Below, piece after piece: positions 53,391 through 64,000 of a stretch of 64,000 nt of DNA. Position 1 is the first letter of the stretch. Each line of letters begins with the position of its first letter. Source of the stretch: Flaccisagitta enflata. Lineage: Eukaryota. Location of the stretch: positions 23,560,001 to 23,624,000 of the forward strand of contig OZ231126.1 of assembly GCA_965153355.1 (NCBI GenBank). Reading direction: 5' to 3'. Both the position numbers and the translations under genes were made by a program. The notes beneath the pieces are model-generated. The model was not told the DNA's origin. It saw only the letters and a program-made list of their open reading frames with translations, and did no database searches.

Positions 53391-53734
53391 CACTTACTGA
53401 CCGCGCGAGAGAGCGAGAGGGAGAGGGATCAAAAAGAGCCGCCGATATCGAGATTCGCCGTTTTTCGTCTGGCCAAAGAAAGCAGCGGCGGCAGCAGGAA
53501 ATCGAAAACGGCGGCAGCAGACGCTCTTTTGGAGGTGGCGGCGACGCAGCAGACATTTTATTACATCCGCTGCAGCCTCGATTTCAGATATGTACCAAAT
53601 CTGGTCTTGTCTTTCTCTCTTTCTCCCTTTCTCCTCAAGCCGGGGTTCGAAAAACAGTCTTACACTCACGCTATTGAATACATCTTGCTTACATATACAT
53701 GCATTTAAACATCCGACGAAACGGGCTTTTGCTC

Positions 53735-53859
53735 CGCGGACACGCGACTCTACACCTTGCCGTGTCGGTCGGTAGGTCCGAAATATTGTTGAATTCCAAG
53801 CGGTTTTTGCATTACTGCTCCTGCTCAATCGCGACTGGATTGCCGTGTATCCAGCCTTG
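53735..53859 (+). mobile_element. Short HINE-like element
   Basis: CGCGGACACGCGACT...CGCGACTGGATTGCCGTGTATCCAGCCTTG. Confidence 0.78.
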
Positions 53860-54262
53860 TTCTAGAGGTTTCTGAAATTTCCCAAGATAAGTTTTTTGGG
53901 ACGTCTTATAATCATCGATGTTATCATCGATAACACATCGACTCCACGCTTCATGCGTTGAATCCGGACAGGAAATGGATTATGTACTACGTCTTTATCG
54001 ACCGTTTACGATTTTTGCAATTACTACGTTTACCGGATACTTGGATTATATTTTATTACAAATCATTACTTATCAAGTCGAAAAAAGCAAGGTTTCATCC
54101 TATCTCAAACCAAGTTAACAACCACGGCGAACAGCAGAGCTATGAAAAGAACACTGCATGGATATAGATATCAAATGCTGAATAATTTTTTTGTGCGGTT
54201 TTGAAATTTTACTGGTAGGCAGAAATCAACTTTGTCCTTCTCTTTTTCCGTCTGTCTGTCTT

Positions 54263-54395
<133 letters not shown>

Positions 54396-55509
54396 CTCTT
54401 CAAAGCTCCCCTCTCGACCCTTTAATGACTGCAGAAGTTCAGAGAAAATTTCAGCCTTTGGATCCGCAAGAGCTTCAAAGAATTTTTCGTCCCCTCCGAC
54501 CTTAATTTTTTTCTTTTCTTTCATTAACTCTATTTTCTTTTTTTTTTTCTTTTTTTCTCATTTCTGAAGTTTTTTTCTTGGCCACCCCCTTATTTTCCTA
54601 TGAAAGTTTTCTTTCATTCCTCTCAAGCTTATTCACAAGCTGGGCTGTTCGGCTTAAACTAGCATGTACCACCTAGATCATAAAGGGTTGACCTTACCTC
54701 TCTACTATCTAGGAAATATGTTTGGCAGCACCTGTAAAGAGAGATATCTTAACTTCTGGTTTAGATAAGTGAACAAAAATTAAGAGCATTTTAATCTTCA
54801 TCAAAAAATCTACTTTCTGGGTGCAATCTCGTCTTTGTGCATCAAACCATTTAAAAATGCCATTAGTTTGAAGTTCATCATGTACCATCTTTGAAATACT
54901 CTCAAATTTTACCAAAAAATAATAGAAACATGCAGATTGCACCACTGGTTAGCTCTTGAGCCCTAGTTTTATAATCTCATGGATTTTTAGTCAGATTAGT
55001 AAAATGTAGTAGCCCAATTTTGCAGCCAAAATGACTAAAATTTATTTTGTTACCACAACCACCTTTTAGTTATGATAAATAAAACCATACTCGCTGTCCC
55101 TAAATTGGATTGAAGATTGTTTTTCTTTTTTGTTCTAGTTAGTTTGAATACAAAAATAATCAAAAACAATAAGGTACATGAATTTTGAGCACATAAGGGG
55201 GAAAATATACCATCAACTAAAAGTGCTGCAAAATATTTTTCGTAGATAGAAGTAACAGTTATAAACTTACTAAATCTCTGATCAATAGAAAATCAATAAA
55301 ACTTGAAACGATATTATAGTTTTTTTTTTCAAATTACTTCATATTTTCAAGCGTAATAGGTTAAGAATATAGATAAAATTAAGAAATAGGTGTTGAGAGG
55401 GTGGCAAACTTTTGATCTAGGTAGTACGCCACTTTATGGTGTTTGTATGACGAAAATTCCTTTACTCTGTTTTCCCAAGGCTTACGAATACAAAATAATG
55501 GAAGGAGAA

Positions 55510-55741
55510 CAAGGCCGGATACACGGGTACCCCAGTCGAGTGCGGGTGGGCAGGGACAGTGGAGAAAGTCACTTGGGCATTTGGTCAGGAGCGGTGAGCT
55601 CAAAAAGCTCATAATCCGCAAAAAAGTAAAAAGGTGACCGACCAACCGGCCAACCAACGAGCCAACCAACCAGCCAACCAACCATCCAATTCCAACCAAC
55701 CAACCAACCGACGGACGGACAAAGCGGGGTATAAAGTCCTA
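55510..55741 (-). mobile_element. HINE-like element
   Basis: CAAGGCCGGATACACGG...(CCAA)n...GGACAAAGCGGGGT. Confidence 0.78.
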
Positions 55742-55864
55742 AAAATCATTGCTTAGTTTCGAATACGCAAGTACATCGAATTATCAAAACTAGTTTTTCA
55801 AAATTTTTATGAATCTTAACTTCCCTAGGTTTTCTTAATCCTTTTCTTGCACCCCCCCCCCACA

Positions 55865-55958
<94 letters not shown>

Positions 55959-56041
55959 AACAAACAAACAAACAAACAAACAAACAAACAAACAAACAAA
56001 CAAACAAACACAAACACACACACACACACACACACGTTTTT

Positions 56042-56225
56042 AGTTGCGGACACGCAACTCTATAAGAGTCCTTGTCCGTCCGTTGGTCCATCCGTCGGTC
56101 CATCCGTCTGTCAGCATGAGTCGAAAAGTGGGAAAATAAGCGTTTTAGAACATTTTTAGTGGCGGACAGTTGCATTTCCGCCCCTGCCCACCCGTCCGCA
56201 ACTGGTGGCCGTGTATCCGGCCTTG
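56042..56225 (+). mobile_element. HINE-like element with an internal second 5' fragment
   Basis: Consensus ends plus internal TTTTTAGTGGCGGACA near 56153. Confidence 0.82.
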
Positions 56226-56370
56226 TTTTCCTGGTTTTCCCCCTCTTTCATTGCACTCCCATTTCTTGTCGCCTTTCCTCCTTTTCTTTCCTCAAGTACA
56301 CAACATCTCACTTTCTCCTTTTCTCCAGTTTCCCTCTCTTCCTCCTCCCATTGCGATTGGCCTTTCGATT

Positions 56371-56449
<79 letters not shown>

Positions 56450-56561
56450 CTTTCTCCTTCTGCGGCGCCTCACGTCACCACCAGTGCTGCCGCCTACGTC
56501 ACTGAACTTCCAACTGGCATGAGCAACAACTGTGAGACGCCAAGAGAGAGTAAAAGAGAGA

Positions 56562-56600
<39 letters not shown>

Positions 56601-56745
56601 AGAATAGAGAAATGGAATGGAATAAAGAAGAAACCAACAATCAAACTTAAGGAGGAAGAAACAAACAAACAATACAAGAAAGAGGCAAACTAAGAACCAA
56701 CCAATGAAAGTGAGAGAAAAAACTAATTAATGAAGAATGGAAAAA

Positions 56746-56893
56746 CAAGGCCGGATACACGGCCACCAGTTGCGGACGAGCGGGCAGGAGCGGAAATGCG
56801 CGTTTTCATACTTTTCGACTCGTGCTCACCGACCGACGGACGGACGGACGGACGGACGGACAAAGCCTCTTATAGAGTTGCGTGTCCGCAACT
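56746..56893 (-). mobile_element. HINE-like element, full length
   Basis: All terminal motifs present on the minus strand. Confidence 0.9.
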
Positions 56894-57670
56894 AAAAATC
56901 CCTAAACCCACACGCAGAGCGGAAAAAAAACAGCAAACATTTTCAGCTTCGCCGGAATTTCAAAAGCAAATGCAAGTGCAACGTGTCACGCTCTTTCCTT
57001 GTGCTGCTTAAGGTGGCCGGAGAGAGAGAGAGGACGAAAACAAGAAGAAGGCAACCATGATGGTTCACTGAAACGGTGAACATCTTCGATAGAATGAACT
57101 AATGAACAAAAAATTCGTTTTAAAAAGAAAAACCCAGAGAGGAAGAAGCGACATGAAACATGAAAACATGAAAACATGAAAAAAAACAAAACAAATATCA
57201 ATGAATGAAAAAAAAGAAAAAAAAAACCAACAAAAGGGGATTAAAACAAGCCCATCCGAGCAACTCGATGTCTCATCCCCGTGTTTTTCGAATAGGTGTA
57301 ACGGAGAGACGGACATACGGGCGGACGGACGATGACGCAGCTAAAAACGTAGGTTGATTTCTTCAGCAACCTTAATGCTCTCTACAGTAGTTATAACGAC
57401 ATTGTTCAGATTCGTGCCGACGGGACAACTTGCTCGGACTTTATTTGAGGAGGCCGAAGGCCTGGCAACGATTTTGGGTCACATGTTCTGCAAGCATGCA
57501 AACTTCATGGAGAAGTGTATAAAAGCAACTATGTACCAGTTCATGTTCAGTAGACTCTCCCCTGTTTTTGTTTTTGACCTTCCTTTCTAGACTCGCCATC
57601 AACTAGCAAGTCTGCCTGTCATGTCTTTTTGTCTATGTATACGGTCTCTGTATCTGTCTCTGTCTGTCTG

Positions 57671-57751
<81 letters not shown>

Positions 57752-58339
57752 TTTCTCACGCGCGTGAGTTGGGTTTTATTTGCTTCTCTATTTATCTCCT
57801 TTATCTCCATTTCAACTTGACCTTCTTTCCTTTTCCTCCGTTTTCCTCCCTTTTCTTTTGCTGCGGTTTTTGAAGAGGTGCAGTGATCAGTTTTCTCTCC
57901 ACCGCAACGAAACTTAAAGAATTTTTTACAGCCTTCTAGTCAATTTTTAGAAAACTGATCGGACAGTTTGCTGTTAGCAAATGAGAATGCTAAATCATCG
58001 CAGTCGAAATGAAATGGAATGAAATGAATTGTATTTCTCCGGTATCTACTCGACAGAAAATGTGGAGAAAGTTGAACTATTTTTGAGGCTTGTCACCAAC
58101 TTCCTGCTGCCATTATGATCTTAACTACTCTAACAAGGCCAAAAAATGGCAAATGAGTGCTCCTCGCTTGATTAAGAATTTGTGTATGAACATCATCATC
58201 GTCGCTTATACCGTAACGATCCCATTGAAATTTTCGACATTAGATTTGCAATTTCCACCACCATTAGAACCAGTGCCGGGATCATCCAATTGAAGCAATC
58301 AACAAAGGGATTGCAATAACTAGTATACAGTAATAACGC

Positions 58340-59238
58340 CAGGCCTCTTGATTCTGGGGCAGCGAGCAGCGCCGCTTGTCGGCAGGGTAAGAAAGATATT
58401 GGCAGGTCCCAGAAGAAGAAGGAGAAGAAGGAAGAAGAAGACCAACACCAACACCAAGACCAAGACCAAGACGGAGACGTAATAAAGGGAGAAATGATGG
58501 TTGGAGAATAGCAATTGAAGTCAGCACTAGGATAATTTGCATATTGTAGTTTTAAGATTACCGCTCCATTGCATTGTCGCTGACTTGATTTACAGTCAAT
58601 TTGAATTGGAATCAAATCTTGAACTAAATCTCAATTTGTTGTAAAATAGAGGGAGGAATTCTCATGAGCATCAGTTAGTTGTCAAAGTTGTTCTGCGTTT
58701 TACTTAGCATTCCGCATCAGATTTGCACTGATGATAAACAACTTAAAAACATCATTTGCTATTGAAATGATTTGATCAAAGCAACTGTCGCGTCAGAGAG
58801 TAGCAATTACTCTTTTAGACAACCTTTTGAGAATCGTACACTAAGACCCTATTTATTGTCAGTAGTTTGTAGAAATTTGAATATTTGATTCCCAAGAAAA
58901 AAACATTGATACTAATTTCATGATATTGACACATGCCATTCTTCTTCCTTTTCATATCAAAAATCCAAATCAATCGAAAGGACATGAACTCATAGAAAAA
59001 AAAATGATTCGATCTTTTCGTCTGTCAGACTGAAGACGAAGGGGATTGCTGCACTCATGTGTGGGTCTGAATTTGATCACTGCCTAGTGAGTAGTGACTT
59101 CCAAGAGCTTTCTAAGCGTCGTAAGCATGGAAGGTATCATGCTGCTATGAAGTACGATGGGGGGGGGGCTTTCCTTTTCTGGTCGGCAGCCTTGCAGGAA
59201 AGAATTTTGCTTCTCAAGAAGAAGAATCAAGAGGCCTG
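58340..59238 (+). mobile_element. Non-autonomous hAT-type element, copy 2
   Basis: TIR CAGGCCTCTTGATTCT / AGAATCAAGAGGCCTG; perfect 8-bp TSD AATAACGC. Confidence 0.93.
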
Positions 59239-59484
59239 AATAACGCTATTATCGATTCCAAGGCGGCTCATGCTGGATTATACCCACAGTATGCACCAGA
59301 CAATATCGCTTAAGCGATCAACGCTATCGTCACCAATATCGAAACCATGCAATTAATGGTGTGCAATATGCAATGATGCAACTGCAATGCCCAATACCAA
59401 CACCACGCCATACAACGTTTTTTTCCCGTTTTCCTCCCTTTTCTTCTGCTGCTCAAACACGCCCAATGACATTCCCATGACCAG

Positions 59485-59777
59485 TAGGGGTGTCGGGGAT
59501 TAGGGTCAAATTTCAAAAAATGATATACTCCAGGTTATTGCTTAAATATACCAAATTAGAAGGTTTTCCTACAATCAGAGGTCTAAATATAAAGAATAAA
59601 CTATGTCGGCAACACTATAGGCTTCCTATGGCAAAAAAATCCGCATAGTAAGTCTAGGGTTTTGCCAACAAGGATTTCACACCCCAACTTATGAGAAATC
59701 CTTCTTTTATTGGATGTTTGTGCAAAGGGCCCAAGTATATCAATATATAAAATTTGACCAAATTCCCGACCACCCTA
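59485..59777. mobile_element. Palindromic hAT-type MITE (293 bp)
   Basis: Imperfect TIR TAGGGGTGTCGGGGATTAGGGTCAAATTT / AAATTTGACCAAATTCCCGACCACCCTA; perfect 8-bp TSD ATGACCAG. Confidence 0.9.
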
Positions 59778-60072
59778 ATGACCAGAGCCCCCCCTTCCTG
59801 AACCTTTCGCGAAATACCGTCACATCACTCGAAAAAACCGCTATAAACGTCAACACCACCACTTTTACACTCACCACCACCATCACCTCCACCGCCACTA
59901 CACTGACCGCCACCACCGCATTGACTGCCATCGTCACCTGACCTAAAAGTGACCGATGTGGTTTTGCGACGTCCAATGAACTCCTTCTGGCGTCGTCACG
60001 TCGTCCATCGTTGGCCTCTTCCTCGTCATCACCGTCGTCACCGTCGTCGTCACCGTCAAAAACCCATTTGCT

Positions 60073-60174
<102 letters not shown>

Positions 60175-60719
60175 TTGAATATCATTTTCCAAATGCAAAA
60201 TGGAGGAAATCTTCTCTCATTGAATCCGTTTTGAAATTTGAGAGGACAACGTTTCTGCTGCTAAAGAGGGAGATGATGACGACGGCGACGACGACGATGA
60301 CAACGACGATGACCAAAATGACGACTGAGAAGAAAGAGTAAAGAAAAAATTTTCGTGAAAATCGGTTGTTAACCTTTTCCTCTTGAAATTTTCCACGGTA
60401 CAAAACAGTCATTTATTTTGTTCTCGCAAAAGAATGAACAACGGCGAGTTGACGACATTTTCCAAATATTTAACGTCAATGAATTTTTTTTTTTTCATCA
60501 GTCTTTTATGTCAACACCTATAAAAAACATCAACGATGCGACGACCACAGTGACAACAACAACTACAACAACAACAACAACGACGATTTACGGTAGAAAA
60601 TTACATCGATAGCAACGTCAACAGCGGCAACAACATATCTGTGCGTAACCAACAACAGCAGCAATAACAAGACTCTCGACTTTCTTCTCCTCATCCTACT
60701 CCTCCACTGTAACGTCAAT

Positions 60720-60745
60720 TCATCATCATCATCATCATCATCATT

Positions 60746-60794
<49 letters not shown>

Positions 60795-60863
60795 ACGTTA
60801 TCATCATCCTGATCATCATCATCATCATCATAATCATCATCATCATCATCAAAATCATAATCT

Positions 60864-60894
<31 letters not shown>

Positions 60895-61180
60895 AATCAT
60901 CAACGTTATCATCACTTTCATGTAACGGACACGAACAAACCCTACTATTCGCCAGGTGAGCATTTACCCTGTAGAGCCGAGCATGTGTCATCCAAAGAGC
61001 ATCACTCATCCCCCTGAGGCAAGTCTCTGTACACATGTTCGACCCGAGGGAAGCTGCTCCTGTGCCACTCACGACGGTTTCGTGTACAGATTATCATCAT
61101 CATCACTATAATCATCTTCACTATAATCATTATCATCATTCATCACTATCATCATCATCATCATCATCCTCACCAATCAC

Positions 61181-61220
<40 letters not shown>

Positions 61221-61225
61221 GTCAA
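60720..61225. repeat. Two (ATC)n microsatellite blocks
   Basis: About 60720-60915 and 61091-61225. Confidence 0.95.
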
Positions 61226-61458
61226 CAACTTCAGTTTACATCGTTCAAGCCGTATTTTGTATACCACCGCGGTCCCTGTCTCTTTATGAATTGTATCGCC
61301 GTGAATTACAGTGTCCACATTGCAATCGCATTTCCTCCTCTTCTTAATTCTATGTTCTTAAATTCTCCACTCTACTCTTCGTAAATATTCTCCCTTGCGT
61401 GTTGCCTTCACTCAGTTTAAAGCGTCGTCAAAAAACAACCGACCGACCGAATTATATA

Positions 61459-62060
61459 CAGTGGGGTTCGTGGAATAACAGCCTAAACTGGAGGAAGGTA
61501 TTTGAGTGTCTTAATTTTATTTAACAAACTTGATATTTGAAATATAAGTTGTTCACTTGATGCTTTTGTCCCCGAGTTTTTCGGTTGCTATGGAAACCAA
61601 AATTATTTTTTCAAACATTTATAGCCACTAAAATATCAATATTTTGAGAAATATTGTCAGGGAACATTGCTCAAAATTAAATTTGCTACAACTTTCCCAC
61701 AGTATGTTCTGTAAGAATATCGCTCGTTTAGCCGTTGCTAGGGGGCATCACACCTAGCAACCGCTAAATGATGCTCCCTAGCAACGGCTAAACGAGCAAT
61801 ATTCTTACAGGACAAACTGTGGAAAAGTTGTTGCAAATTTAATTTTGAGCAATGTTCCCTGATAACATTTGTCAAAATATTGATATTCTAGTTGTTATGA
61901 ATGTTCAAAAAAATAATTTTGGTTTCCATAGCAACCAAAAAACTCAGGGACAAAAGCATCAAGCGAACAACTTATATTTCAAATATCAAGTTTGTCAAAT
62001 GAAATTAAGACACTTTAATACCTTCCTCCAGTTTAGGCTGTTATTCCACGAACCCCACTG
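61459..62060. mobile_element. Fully palindromic TA-flanked MITE (602 bp)
   Basis: Perfect terminal IR CAGTGGGGTTCGTGGAATAACAGCCTAAACTGGAGGAAGGTATT; symmetry continues to the centre near 61760; TA flanks. Confidence 0.96.
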
Positions 62061-63498
62061 TATGGTTCATCATTTACAGCCGGAATCTACATTTTGGGAG
62101 CGGATTTCGAAAATGCACTTTTTTCACTCGAGCATTTCTGTCTGACTGACGTTCCGACGGATGGACGGATATTCGGACGGACGGACATTCGTATAGCCAC
62201 AGCCCTTAGTCCGCGACTTAAGATCTCGAGTGCTTAACGCAGGCTAACCAAGTTGAACTTGGCTTGAATTCCACCATGTCTCTTTTTATCGCTTTGCTAT
62301 CTCGTTGCTTTCTTTTCGTCAGCTTCTCTCTTTACAGTTCTTTTTTTTGTCATTTTTCTTCATATCATCCTCTTTTTCGTTTTCCTTCTTTTTCATCATC
62401 ATCATCTTTTTCTTCTCCTTCCCTTTCTTCTTTTTCATTCTACCATCACCATCGGTCGTGGCCGTCACCATCATCAGTCACGACCATGATTTCCTTTATT
62501 TCCACTTCTCCATTCAGTTGCCTCGTTTTTTCCGTTTCGTTTTTTTCTTCTGTATTTTTTTAAAACTGAATTCTTTTGCAAAAGTCGAGAGAAAAAAAAC
62601 TGAACCGTGTCTCCGACTAAACGACAGTTACAATCTCGATGACATTTATATCTTTTAGCAGGATTTTTTTTTTTTCGACCAATTTTTTTTTTTCATATCG
62701 TTAAACATGCCGAAAAAAAATCTTTTTCACCATTCACCAACTCTCCGTTTCAACATTGGTAAATTTGAATACAAATATGCTCAATCACTGCATGGCTTAA
62801 CTCTAGTTACTCGGAAAAAATGCCACAGCATATAGACCCATACTGGATGATAGTATGGACCCTCCCCATCACATCTATACCAAGAACGAAATGTTCTACT
62901 GGGAAATTAGGTCAAAATGGCCCATTATGGCCATTTTTTTGGTCATTTTGGCTTTTTTGGACCTTTTTTTTGTCTGACTGTTTTTTTTTCTCCAAAATTG
63001 ATGTCAATAAGTATCTTTCCTTCCTGTGGGTGAAATCGTGAATCAAAACTGGTCAAATTGACCTAATTTGATCAGATTTAAGGTACTTTCTGGCCTAAAA
63101 TCCATTCTATCTCGTCTCAAGCATTTAGAATGTACATGAAACCTTTTTTTTCTCTGAAGGTATTACCATAGGGTATATTCACACCAAATAAATATAATAT
63201 CGGCCAGAGTTGCCAAATCTCAGGTCAAAATGATCAACCGCGTGCCCTTAATAGACCAACATGAAAAATTCCACCAATTAGCAAAAATCATTTACTGTTG
63301 TTGTTACTAGAGCGCATATCAAGACTCAAGAGACTAATTACAATCACGCCTTACAATGATGCTGCCATATTGCCAGTAAAGAGATAAAGATAATTCTTTT
63401 TAAAGGGACTGTTTAAGGCATGCCGTAATAATGATAGGAGCGCTGTGGCAAGGTTACACTGATATGATTATGATTGTTGGCAATGATAAGTTGTTCTT

Positions 63499-63694
63499 AG
63501 TTGCGTGCTTCGCGACTCTTTAAACCACTTTTCAGTCCGTCAATTGTTTCACCCGTTCACAGGTCAGTTGGTCACATTTGCCCATTTTTGCATCGCAGCT
63601 CCCGCTAAACTGCCTGAGTGGCATACATCATGCATCACTACCCCTGGCCAACCGCACGCGACTATTATTGCCGTTTATCCACTATCCAGCCTTG
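63499..63694 (+). mobile_element. Degenerate HINE-like element
   Basis: AGTTGCGTGCTTCGCGACT ... GCACGCGACTATTATTGCCGTTTATCC. Confidence 0.7.
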
Positions 63695-64000
63695 CTTCTT
63701 GTTTAATGAAATACGTAATTCTCAGTCTCCTCTTTTTCATCAAACAAAATTGGCAAGCAGCCTACAAGCAATACTAGCAATTGTACCCTGAAAATCACTA
63801 CTCATGTATCCATCAAAAAATCTAAAGCGTTTTCATTCACTTGAAATCCAAAACCATTTCATTTACAATCATTTCCACTGGGACAATTCTTTAAATGATA
63901 ACTCAATTTGGCGGCGACTAAAGAATTGTATTTAACTATCCCAAATTCTTCTATTCCTTATTTTATTTATTCTTTTTTATTTCGAGTAAGATCAATAAAA

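Noticed and set aside
54655-55437. Possible TIR pair around GTAC(C/T)ACCTAGATCA
   Set aside because: Too degenerate and no TSD found
62760-63251. Kolobok-like terminus ...CCGCGTGCCC-TTAA
   Set aside because: Only one end is visible

Overview
Repeat-saturated eukaryotic (most likely metazoan invertebrate) intronic or intergenic DNA. I recognise no protein-coding gene, no transposase or RepHel ORF, and no intact RNA gene. Nearly all tracked ORFs are translations of microsatellites or dispersed repeats. The window is built from four classes of sequence. (1) Long AG, AC, AAC, AAG, ATC and AAAG microsatellites. (2) More than 30 copies or fragments of DINE-1/HINE-like non-autonomous Helentron elements (T-run, 5' subTIR hairpin, GTCY microsatellite or tandem array, 3' subTIR, 3' hairpin, T-run) from several families, some carrying 11-bp, 21-bp or ~150-bp tandem arrays. 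(3) About 15 non-autonomous TIR elements: hAT-type with 8-bp TSDs, Tc1/mariner-type with TA TSDs, one PIF/Harbinger-type with a TCA TSD, and two ~1 kb foldbacks. Many are nested. (4) A few unique CpG-rich patches, two with good + strand splice signals and one with TATA/Inr spacing. The most unusual items are a Harbinger-like MITE (23403-23842) with two divergent tRNA-like Pol III cassettes each ending in a T-run, two palindromic TA-MITEs with unrelated termini but a shared core and RFX X-box motifs, and three-way covariation of HINE terminal motifs. Coordinates were read by eye; ends of degenerate copies are approximate.
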